A DNA stretch of 59,377 nucleotides, the filler included, from Sphacelaria rigidula (Eukaryota): NCBI GenBank assembly GCA_964200075.2. It is 6 parts of 6 records of this genome, joined end to end, with 100 filler letters (N's around TTAATTAATTAA, not from the genome) between each part and the next. Parts side by side here need not be neighbours in the genome. Positions count along the whole stretch, not along the records: positions 29,742 to 39,553 come from CAXNAA020007706.1; positions 39,654 to 49,465 come from CAXNAA020007707.1; 4 more parts are not named here. One strand, written 5' to 3'. Position 1 is the first letter of the stretch, and every line of letters begins with the position of its first letter. Below, piece by piece: positions 35,570 through 46,699 of the stretch. The position numbers were made by a program, and so were the translations under genes. The notes below the pieces were generated by a model. It had not been told where the DNA came from. It did no database searches and was given only the letters and a program-made list of their open reading frames with translations.

Positions 35570-38500
35570 CTGCATGTGCGGGTCCCGTCCATGACGACTC
35601 TACGGCAATGGAAAAGAGCGGTTGTGTCGACATCGCCAGAAGCGATGAAGGCCATCGCTTGGGCGTTTCAATGCGACAACCGTGGCGTTGACTCGGGAGC
35701 CATATCCCTGGCTTTTCTCAGAAGCAAGCAGTACGCAGACCTGCATGATAAACCCCAGGCCCAATCCATCGCGATCAACATGCTCGTCAGGTACACACCA
35801 CCCGTCTAATGCGGCTAGATAATCACATGACCCTTAGTTTATTGCATCTTGTGTCAGGGTCAATCGCTGGGGGTTTCGGCGTACGATGCATCGTGTAACG
35901 CACCCGAACCCGACGCCCACAAAAACACAGACGCCGACTGTGCATCGTTGAGGCACGCGCTTGAGCGGCCACCCTATGATCACACACCGCTCAACATGGG
36001 TAATAATATGCTCATTTCACATCGGCGATGATGACCGTTTTCAGACGCTAATGTTTCTCATCAACATCGGACTCTCGTACATTCAAAATCCCGTGAAAGG
36101 GTCTGCGAACACGAGAGCACCAGACAGAGTTGCCGGTGGGCGGGATATCAGTTTCGCCACATGCGGTTTCCCTTGGTCCCGTCATGCAGCACGTAACAGG
36201 TGAAAGGTCTGATGTACTCTTTGCAGCACACATTATATATTCGAGCTGTCCGCCGGTTCCAAACGGCGAACAAGACAAATCTTAAAGCGAGTGACTGGGG
36301 GCGTATCTCCACAGATGCACAAACAGCCGCAACCCTCCTGGAGCGTTCAGAAAGGCAGATCCCTCGTGAGGTGTGGACCGACGTCTTCGAAGAGTAAGTT
36401 TACATTGATTGTAACACACGCGTCGACTGCGGTGGACCGTAACCGCTGTCGTAGGCTACAGTATTTCGGAAGCAAGGATCGCGCGTGCAGCACATGTTTG
36501 TGTCACGCTTAGACTTGCGCCCCTTACGCTAGCAACCTTTCCGGCATCATTCCACCTTGCATAAAAAGCGTAGCGTTTCAGCAGGTGGCATAGATAGCGC
36601 AGCGTTTCGGCAAGTAGCGTAATCGATACTAATTTTTAAATGGGGGGCATACTCGAGCTTAAATTCTCCAGTAGAGGTGGCAACAATGATCTAAATGTCG
36701 ACGTGGTGTGATATGTTGGGGTTGAACTCTGCTATCATCGACCGCGGCCGGGTCTGATATACCAGTCATTCAAACTGCCGGGTTGACTTTCGTTTCTTTG
36801 TTTGACTCCATATATCTAAACATATATTCGCAGCGTGTAGTATGCATGTAGTGATCGGTGGGTCTGCATCCAGTCAAGAATGGCGCTTGTTGGATATTGC
36901 GAGCATAATTGAGCATAAATCCCATCTTGCGAGCATGGATCGTCGAGCTCAAATTTTGTTAAATTCGAGCATAGATTGCGCTCCACGAGCCGAATCTTTT
37001 GTGTAACTACTAGCATTACAAAATGACTTCATTACCATGAGGGGCAAAAGCGCTATAACACTCACGGGAGGCATTTTGCGCTCCGCGAACATCATCGCGA
37101 CTAGGGTTGCTCACGACTTGACTCGCGGCACATACGGGCTGGAGGATTTCAAGCTGCACGTCACGGACTTCATCTCATCAGTAGACAACAGCATAGAAGA
37201 GACACGGGCAAGCCTGCCCGAGGAAGAACGGGACGGAGCAGCCATGAACGCGTTCGAAGATGTCTGTTTCAGCAAACTCCATAGGCCGCTGGACCTGGTA
37301 CATGACCGACACACAAAAGTCAAGAGTTGAATGTTGGATAGTGAGTAATTCGGGCGATAGGTCGCCGAGACGATACAAACGTAAGGTGGATCGGACATGC
37401 TGCTGTGATAAATAAATCCAAATCGCGCAGAACGGGCTTGTGACGCGCAAAATTGGCGCATGCCAGTCATGGGCACAACTAGGATAGTACACCACGTGAT
37501 CGGGAGACAAGTGAAACATTTCCACGAGGTTGTTCACCTACATTTTCAACCACGGCCTGTTTTCGCAGAAAGCACAAAGAGGGGCCCTGAGGCGGTACAA
37601 CGATAGTTGGAGGAAGAGGTGGGACGAGGCCAACAACACCATCGCTCGCTTGAAGTTGGCGAACGCGGGCGACGAGGAAGGCGTCGACGAGGATGCTGGT
37701 GAATCGGAGGAGGATGGTAGCGATTGTCAACGACCGGCTGAGGGCAGCCGCAAAGACGAATTGTGTTCCTCGTGCGACCCATCATCAGACGTCAGGGGAG
37801 AAGGGATAGCATGAATCAACACGCAAGCCATTTCGATGGTGTCGACCACACCAGTTGACCTCCTGAAGTACAATGCTACCGTTGTAAGATCGCCACGTGT
37901 GATGATTGACACAGCAATCACCTTACCTGGAAGACCGCCAACCGCTCGACACTTTCATGCCGTCCTCGCAAAGGCAGATGCCATTGCGTACACTGCGGGA
38001 TGAAGCACCAGACCTTCTGTGAGCTGCTTGTGCCCGCCTCCGAGGATGCATCTCTTGCCGAGAGGAAGCGACGTCTCTGCCTTGTCTGCGAGGACGAGCC
38101 GGGGCGCCAGAAGAGGAAAGGGAACAGAACTGACGGGGTCGGGGGCGGAGGGAATCCTAAAAAGAAGGGGAAGAAATCGTCACAGGCAGGGCAAATGCTG
38201 CCCCCTGCCGGTCCCACCGTGGAAAGCAGAAGGTGCGAGGATAGGTTGCCGTTGTGGAGACTGTGTCGTCGACTGAAGCTTACCTTTAGATTGCTCCCTT
38301 GGACGACGGTTGTGACAGCATGCATGAGTCGGTCGACATGCGACACTGGGACCGTCAAGCGGAGCTGTTTGTAGGTTCTCCTGTCTTTCGTTCAACCTCG
38401 CGCACTGCTCGACTATGAAAATCTGACGGTGCAACCGCCAGCTTAGCCACCGTAATGGAACGCACGCCGAAGAATTACGCCGGATTGGCCCCCACCCCAA

Positions 38501-39553
38501 CGCCTGCTCAAAACCGCCAGCCAAACAATGAATGGCTATCCACCACGTGATGTTCGATTCCACGGTGCATGGAGGGCCTTGTTTACTCGACATGGACGAA
38601 AAGAAATAGAAGCGTGAATATTCCAATCTGCTCAATATGAGGATATTTTGTCATCGATTTTACGTGTAGGTTGTCGCCCCCCCCCGAACCAAGCACTCTC
38701 TCGGGAGGGGCTGTATCGGAGAACACGCGCTACACCCCGCGACGTGCGGACGACCAGCGCGCAACGAAGGGAAACTGACGATGCTATTGCGTGCTTGCGA
38801 CGTGATATTGTACACGGCTAATCTACTCCGCCGCCACTGCGCTCTTATTGACCAACAAGAGCCACTCCCTGTGAAGAGACCGCCGAAGCTCATCATAGTC
38901 TCCATCGATGTCGAGAAAACAATGCCGAGCACGACAAATGATGACAACAAGGGATACTTCAGGCGGTTCGTTGAAAAGGCACTGGAAGTCTTGCATCCGA
39001 TGGGCACCATCGCCTTTGCAGTCCCGCGGCCCTGAAATCGACACGGGCATCGTATCCAAGGTATCACGGTCTGCACGGTACGTGACAGGCACAACCGCGG
39101 CATCGATGTTGCTGAAAACAGGGTAGACACATCTGAGTCGGTATCCGCCGCACGAGCGCGGACAGGGTAAATTGTGTGCTTCGCTTCGTCCGTCACATTG
39201 AATCGCCGCGCCCTGTTGTGATGTTTGTACTCCCCTGGCACCCCCCGAACATCCACCGTCGCTGCGATCCACCGTGGTGCGCACCCCTACGCAGGAGCGA
39301 TCGAAGCCGACCCTTCAATGGTGGTCGAAGACGACTACGTGCTAGTAGAGTACTCCAGCCGCCACGGGGGCTCCCCAAAGAAACACGAGAGATATCATTT
39401 TTACCCTCACATGGAGGGCATTATGGTGGCACACAAGCAGCCGAGCGAAGAGAACAAAACATTCACGGTCAACCCGAGGGTGACCTTCGCCGATCCCTAC
39501 GGCACGAAGACCAACGGCAAAGTGCCGGAATGCTGGCAAAGATGGGCGGGGGG
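35570..39553 (+). pseudogene. Multi-exon gene remnant with acidic linker, PHD-like Cys/His cluster and beta-class DNA methyltransferase-like segment
   Basis: Coding-like blocks at ~35590-35790, 36280-36393, 37037-37320, 37530-37814, 37960-38170 (CHCVHCGMKHQTFC...LCLVC), 38670-39060 and 39295-39553. GT-AG intron 39061-39294 restores frame. Stops and frameshifts are present. Joining all blocks into one gene is inferred. Confidence 0.45.
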
Positions 39554-39653
39554 NNNNNNNNNNNNNNNNNNNNNNNNNNNNNNNNNNNNNNNNNNNNTTA
39601 ATTAATTAANNNNNNNNNNNNNNNNNNNNNNNNNNNNNNNNNNNNNNNNNNNN
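39554..39653. other. Artificial contig spacer
   Basis: 100-bp N run with TTAATTAATTAA. Confidence 0.98.
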
Positions 39654-40025
39654 TAGCTATCCCCTTGTCCATTATTCCTGCCTGGTTTCTCGTTATCCCT
39701 TCTATCCCTGCCCGCATTTGTTTCATCCCGCCGTCGGAATATTCGTTCGTTTTTTCCACTACACCTTCCCAAACTTCCTTCTTCTGCACCATCCTTTTTA
39801 CTTCCTTCCTAGCTTTAGTATACTCCTCCCATCCTACCGTAGTTTTGTTCGACATCCACCTCGCGTGGGCCTCTCACCTTATTCTGATAGCCTCTTTCAC
39901 TTCCTCATCTCACCATTTGATTGCTCTGTTGCATACGATTAGCTTCCTCCCTATGACTTTACTCGCTGTCTTCTTGACCAGCTGCTCTCATCCTTCTACA
40001 ATCTTCGCTCTTTCGATTTCGGTAT
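39654..40025 (-). mobile_element. LINE ORF2 fragment (linker between endonuclease and RT)
   Basis: KTASKVIGRKLIVCNRAIKW*DEEVKEAIRIR...WEEYTKARKEVKRMV...W, the (W)WxxEVxxAI helical linker of non-LTR ORF2, with stops. Confidence 0.7.
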
Positions 40026-41254
40026 CCTCACGCACGCGCGCGCGGGGGGGGGGGTACCCGGTAAATATCACGCGAGACACTTGTTTTCCCCATTCCTTGT
40101 TCACCTGTTGGGCTGTGTTGAGCCTAGGCGATGCATGAGGCCTTGCTCGCAGCATGTGTCTACCGCGAAGTCTCCGTGTCCATCTTCGGTGTTCCTTTCC
40201 ACATTTAGGTTGTGTTCCCAGTAGCGAAATGTTTCGATGTCGCCGGTCGCGACTGCCTGCACCCGAATCACATCGTGTTCTAATGCTGGCATTTTAAAAA
40301 TACCCCTGTTGGAACAAATCGCTTTGTCTGGTTCTTCACCTCGCTTGTTCCCGCGGACGTCTACTCACATTGTACAGGTATGGGATTACGCTCACGAGCG
40401 CGGACACAGTGCCCACCGCGTTTGAAATCGAAGGCGAAGAAGTCACTTGCACGGTGGCAATTTCTACACCCGCCGATGGCTGGACGGTCGGGGAGAACAC
40501 GTAAGTGAGCTACGATTTCCCCCCCTCAGTCTCGAACTCGGTCGCTCATCATTCCGAAGGCTGTTTATCGTCAACCGATAACTTCCTGGCTGCATCAACC
40601 CTTTCCTGATCGTCGAGCTCACGGGCGATCAACAAAATCTTCGTGAGATTGAGAGTAGAGGATGCCATTGAGAGTGAAAAGCGGTCAATTAGTGGATGAA
40701 TCGCTTCAGTTCCGAAATGCCCCTCCACGAGGCCCAATATACTTTCTGTAGTTGCTTGCCACTGAGGTCTTTGATATCCCTGAGTAGAATATCGAAGTGT
40801 AGCTGTAAGTACACGCCAGCGATGGAGGCACCCGAGGAAACATTGGCTGAGCTGAAGTCAATGATCAAAGCCACTCTCAATCAGCGCTCTATTCTCGAAA
40901 ACATTGATGGCAGATGTGATCGTTTATCCAGCACCGCGCCGACTTTTGTCAAACGAACGTTTTGGTACTCACGGCCTCATGTTCCGAGTACACGGGGTCT
41001 CCTCTTCAGCACCGTAGTTGAGCCTGGTACCATATGCGAAAAAAAGGTTGGGGCATGCTGCCCAGGAATCTTGGGCGTGGGACTGAGGGCTAGGACGTGT
41101 TGTCGAGGTACTCAGCCAGCATGTAGCGCCGCGCCCCAAACCGGAAAGTGCGGTATCCTTTTGTTCCAAACACTTGGTGCACCCTGATATACAGGAGATA
41201 CATTTGCTGACCACACACATGTATGCACACGTCCGTACCCGCAACCACACACAA

Positions 41255-41480
41255 CTTGACTGTTTCGTCTCATTATACTTGCTTGAACTTGTGCGTCAGG
41301 GGGGTGTTGAGCTTTGAAGCTGAAAACTTCGAGTGCTTCGCTGGGATCGCTGAGGTTGTTGGGGCTTCGATATGGTTTTCGGAAGTTGGTGGCGCACACT
41401 CCTTCAGACGCCACCGCAACTGTGTGGACGAGGTTACCATCAACTACCTGATCGTGGGACACCCGCTGGAATTTTGAGCG
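41255..41480 (+). pseudogene. hAT transposase remnant
   Basis: Frameshifted motifs (DCF)..H..LNLCV (~41259-41298) and DTRWNF (41458-41475), in the order and approximate spacing of the hAT CxxH-LNL and TRWNS motifs. Confidence 0.4.
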
Positions 41481-44299
41481 CAAAACAGATTGTTGAATCT
41501 AATGTAATTGTTGCACCTAATTGTCATTGCGTATGTGACGAACGTGGCTCGGGGCTTGGTAGCTCAAGAGAAGTCGAGTCTCGAATATTTTGGATATGTC
41601 GAGCCTTAGATGTTGTATATGTTTCTTCCCGCCGTTGTCGTCTTCGTCCTATCGTGTTTTTCTCTGGTTCTGTTAGTTGTCTTTGCCGGCGGGATATTGT
41701 GTATTCCATGCTCGTAACGCTGGTCGATACTATTTTGTTTTCCCGGGTAGGGTGTCTTCTTCGATACCCAAGCCTGAAGTTTACATTTCCGCGTTTCCCC
41801 AAAGCTCAACAACCGAAACAGCAGAATAAGCTTCAATCTTACAATGATGCTCAATTCTGGAACAGTGCTTTCTTGTCCAACGTGAATTCCAGAACAAGGC
41901 TCACCCTCATGTTGGGGTGATAAATTGTACGAAGAAATGGCGCTATCTTTCAGCGCTGTGGTCTTACAGAGGGCTTAAAAAGTCGTTGAAAGGCCTTAGA
42001 AGAGTTTCCACGCGATCGAGGGGCATCAGGGCAGTAAGAAAGCCATTCGGCATAATACTGTAGCGTTAGGGTAAGGATAGTGTTTTCCTTTTTGTAGTCC
42101 TTAATCATTCCAACAGTTAGATATGCTAGTCGTTTGTTTTGGCGCTAGGATAATGCACGTTTCACTCTTCAGGTATTCACGTACAAGTGTTTCCCTCTGC
42201 GTGTTTGTGGTATCGATCTTTTAGGAGTCCATATCACACTGAGGTATTTGCTGCCTGCCGTATCTCGAACGTCTTTTATGTCTCCAAAGTCTAGAGTCTG
42301 TGATTGCTGCGACATGCTTGGGTTTGGGAGTCATCGGGCGTCGGACTTACAGTTTCGCTTTGTCTTGAAATCAAGGTTCCTTGACCGAGAATGACGGTTC
42401 TGTGCACTTGGGGCTTTGAGCGATCACGATAGTTCTTTGCGGTTGGATTCCCCATGTTCTATGTAAGTTTCTCAACGATAATCGGGGGATAATGACGAGA
42501 GTTGTTCTGTGCAATTTTATCGTGACCTATGAAGGACCCGAACGACAGAGTCGCGGATGCGTCAGGCCACACGCAAGGGCCCATGCTCTTTCTCGAGTAC
42601 CAGTTTCTACATTCAGATGTTTTCTCCATATATTTAGCGTCGAACACCGCTCATCATCCCTTGCCTTGGAATTGCCTTTGTACCGTGAGAAGATCGCTTG
42701 TTACTCACGTTTACGCCATACATGGGGCGTGTGATGTGACATGTTCCGCGCGTAAACTATACCGTTTGTTTCGAAGTTCTGTATGGTGGGTTCTGCTAGC
42801 TCGTTGTCTGGGTTGGGTTGCCCCGTCCCGCCGGTTGTATGTGCATTCTTCCTATTTTTGTGTGTTTTTATCCTTCTCCCATCAATGCCCAAGCGTGCTG
42901 TGTCAGTACCCTTCTGGCGGGGTATTGGCCACCCCCCAAGTTTTTGGGTTTCGTACCACCGCATGACTTTTGTTATACGCCAACGTCTCTCGTAGGGGTC
43001 TTTTTCTCTCCTATACGCTCGTGTTTACCTTATCGACCGGCCTACGTACAAAACATATTTGGGGACACAAACCCACACCTGATCTTATCGATCCGTTGGT
43101 GTGATTCGACCGCAAAACCCTTGCATCCGACCGACGATGGAGAGCGACTGCTTCGCAGTCCAGTGTCGCCAAGTTCCCGAATGCCACCGACTCCACTGCA
43201 GTTCTGGACGTTGATGGTATTGCATTTACCTCCACAAACGCCATGCGATTGACGACTGCGGATACACTTTTTCGCTACCCCGCGAACTCCCCCATCTATA
43301 GGCTTCACTGAGCCGCGGTAGGCTCAGGGTTGCCCCCAAAAGGCATGGAATCTCCGGGAACGTGTGTGGGGTAGATTACGCGCCAACCTCGAAGACCCGA
43401 AACGTTTTCACGCGATCGAGGGGCAATAGACGGACGATAAGTACTGAAAAAGATGCTGAAGCTGACGGACAAAGTGCTCAAACGGGTGAACGATGCTGAG
43501 CTGCAGAACTTCGTTTTCACGAGCTCACCGTCCGGACAGCAGAGTTTGTTTACAAGAAGGGTCATGCAGGATCATACCAAAAGATCAAGTTCGTGGAACT
43601 GGAAGGGGAAAAGCAGAGCTCCTCAGCCTACATAAGGAGCGTAGCTCGCGAGCTATCGTAGGACACGCAAGCTATCCCGCAACGGTGGGTGAAGTGGTTT
43701 GAAACGCTTCTGAACGTAATCATGGATCTCAGTAAACAGATGCCAGAGCACACACCGCTCGCGGCGAAACCCTTGATGGAAGAAGGGAGGGAGCGTTTGG
43801 AAAGCTGGCCAATGGCAAGGCCGTTGCGACGGACAGCATCTGTGCGAACTGTTGCAGCTCGGCTACAGCACTCTGTCATCCTCAAGTGCCGCCACAACAT
43901 CGAGTCATGCTACAATAGGGGGACGGAGGGGGGGGGGTCATTTCTCTCGCGGAATTCTATTTCAAATTGTCGTGGAAAGCAGCAACGGTTGTTCGAACGC
44001 GCTTGTTACCTATATATAACGCTCATTCATACTGCTTAGCATCGTTTTCACCCAAAACAAAGCGCACCGCGAGTGTGTTGAGTTGTCTGACATACCCATG
44101 AGCCCATATTTCGTGGAATTAAACTCCCCTGTCCTATCGCAGCATGACGCCCTGTGTTCACCGTGTGAAGTCACGAAGTAGTGCCGCCGGAGTGGACATA
44201 CACCATCACCAAGGTGCTTTGGAAGAAACAAGATCCGCACAAATGCGGTAAATACCGCGGTACTTTGCGGGCGAGGTGGTCCTCAACATAGATGTGACT

Positions 44300-44885
44300 C
44301 AGCGCAATGCCGCTCCCGACCCGGCCGGTCGACAGTTGACAATTGCGTGCAGACGCCAAGAACTGGCCAAAGAGAATAATCTTCCACCGTACATTTGCTT
44401 TATCGACCTCTAAAAGGCATATGACTCATTGGAATGCTTCCTTCCCTGGAAGGTTCTAGGACGATACGGTATCCCTGTCAAGATGGTTTCCATCATCTGT
44501 CAGTTCCATAAGGGCATGCGGGTATGAGTACGCCTTGACAGCGGTGAGACGTGCAAGTGGTTTAACGTTAACCAGGCCCTCCGCCAACGCTGTGTGCTTC
44601 TCCCTGGTTTGTTGAGCATCTTCTTCGCAGCGGTGCTGGCGGTGACGTTCGACGGCTTCTCGGTAAATAAAGCGGTGGCGCAGGACGTCATCCGCATCAT
44701 TGAAACAGGTGGGAAGACGAGGGACGAACGTAGGAAAGTGATTTGAGCGATGCTACACGCCGACGACTCTGGCATTGCTTCGCGATCTCAGCCAAGCGTG
44801 GCAAAGATGATGACGGTCGTCATCGAAGTATGTGCGGCATTCGGCCTCGTCGTGGCGGAAACGAAGACGGTCACCGCACACATAC
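44300..44885 (+). mobile_element. Decayed RTE-clade LINE reverse transcriptase core
   Basis: RPGRSTVD...YICFIDL*KAYDS...WKVLGRYGIP.KMVSIICQFH.GM...LRQRCVL.P.L.SIFF...AMLHADD...CAAFGL.V...KT (RT motifs; YADD read as HADD). Several stops. Confidence 0.9.
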
Positions 44886-45423
44886 GCTCTGTGGTGAAGC
44901 TTGGTGGCAGAAAGATATCATGATGTGCGAGTCTGCTCGTAGACCCTGGATTCCGTGGCGCGTTGTTACTGCGTTTGCTACTGTTACTATTTCGGATTGT
45001 TCGGCCGCGGCCAGGACCCGCCTCGATCCGTTACTGGCTTGCCTTGGTCTACTCTGGGCCATAACCACGTTCTGCTCTTATGGCTGCGTCGCGGCTGTAC
45101 TGAGTAAGAGAGCTGCTTGTAGATATATCATGATGCTAAGCAAACACCTGGGTTCCTAGTCAGTAGTCTACACATGAGTGAAACTACTGTGTGGTTGTTC
45201 ACGATGGATAGCTATAGGTCGTACGGTGTGCCCACGTGAGAGCTTGGTTAGCTGGAACCAATGGTATCTCCTGGTACTCGTACCGAGAGACCTCAGCCAA
45301 TGTATTAGCTATACCACATCATTATGATGGCTCCCCGAACATGAACCCAGATGTGATCGATGTCACTTCTGAGATCCACAGCAACAATGGCTAGGCCTAG
45401 ACGTGCTTCTACAAGTGCAGAGT

Positions 45424-45664
45424 CATCCTACGATAGGGGGGGGGTATTTTGGGCCATTTCTTGCACGAAATACCTAGTCAAATCGTCCGTAAAAGCAGCA
45501 ACGGTTGCTCCAACAAGCTTGTCATGGATACTTGACGCCCATTCATGCCGATTGACGTCGTTTTGAACCAAATGCAAGCGTACTGCGAGTGTGGCAGATC
45601 GTCTGACACACTCATAAGCCTCTTTTTTCGTGCAATCAAATGCCACCCCCCCTATCGTAGGGTG
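45424..45664. mobile_element. Small TIR element (~240 bp), CA(C/T)CCTACGATAGGGGGGG termini
   Basis: catcctacgataggggggggg at 45424 and ccccccctatcgtagggtg ending at 45664. No TSD seen. Confidence 0.6.
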
Positions 45665-46699
45665 CCTCTGCAGCAGAGTGATGTACGACAACCCGTACAT
45701 TGCCCTTGGCCACCAATGTTTGTCTCATAAAGGCTGAAGTGATCGAGGTAATGCTATGTGGGTAAGTGGCCTGGACGGTCGCACCCGAGAAATTCGACGC
45801 GATACCGGAGACTCGCCAGGCATTCCTGCCCAGGTGCCTCAACAAGCGTCCCTCAAGCCGTCGCGCTTCCGACTACCACAAGCTGCCATACTATGGGGTC
45901 CTCGAAAGAACTAAGAACTAGCTGCAAGTGCATTGAGGCTACCGTGATGAGGCTCATCATCGCACACGCCGGCCACGTTTTATGCATGCATGATGATGAA
46001 CGCCCCTCAAACATAGTCACGCGTGGAGTGATGGTCGGGGGGAAGACGAAGGCAGGCCGGTCAGCAAGATGCCTACAACACTATCACGGAATACTGCTCC
46101 AACGTCGGAATAAACACGACATCGTAGACGCAGGTTGCTGAAGATGTTTCCGAATGGTGCCGAATAGGAGGGGAGGGGGCTACGATGTATATGACAACCT
46201 GGACCATGGCACACCGTGCTAAGGACTTCTTTGCTGTGTGACCAAGGGTATGTTGACAGACAACTTTCGGACACGGACCCCCCCCCCCCGCCCCTTTCGG
46301 AGGCGATTTTTCGAACATTGTCATGATGGTTTCTTCATTTTTCTTGTTAATGTTGTCGAATGAAACTGATCAACAAACACTGACAAAAAACGAAACGTCT
46401 GACGGGCTTTGCGAGGTTTGTATGTTTGCTTCTTCTCTTTGCCCACCCTGTCCCAATTACCATGGGTGCCGGCAACGCTCACACACATCTATGTACAATA
46501 CACGAGCGCGCGGTAGCGATGTCCTATAGCGAAGGTAGCAACATTATCCCACCCCTTGCCGAATCCGCCTGGACTAGTGGTAGTTAGTCGGGGCACACGA
46601 CACGGAACGTGACCCCGTAAATGTAATAATGGTAAGTGATATACTTGGCGAACGTTGGCCCGAATCAGTCCGCCCCACTTTCTCATGCGCATGGGTCCT

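Noticed and set aside
40101-40292. Ankyrin-repeat fragment (AVATGDIETFRY)
   Set aside because: Single weak motif, no repeat periodicity.
41800-41870. QQPKQQNKLQSYNDAQFWN as the missing NF-YC first exon
   Set aside because: Different contig from the NF-YC exons, no convincing splice donor; chance resemblance.
41880-42900. Very decayed second Gypsy RT/RNase H on the minus strand
   Set aside because: Only faint fragments (PKPKHVAAIT, DHSA) with stops in all frames; cannot be supported without an alignment.
44890-45318. Solo LTR (TGTGGT...ACCACA) at the end of the RTE fragment
   Set aside because: Only a 6-bp terminal inverted match, no TSD, and the RTE sequence does not resume afterwards.
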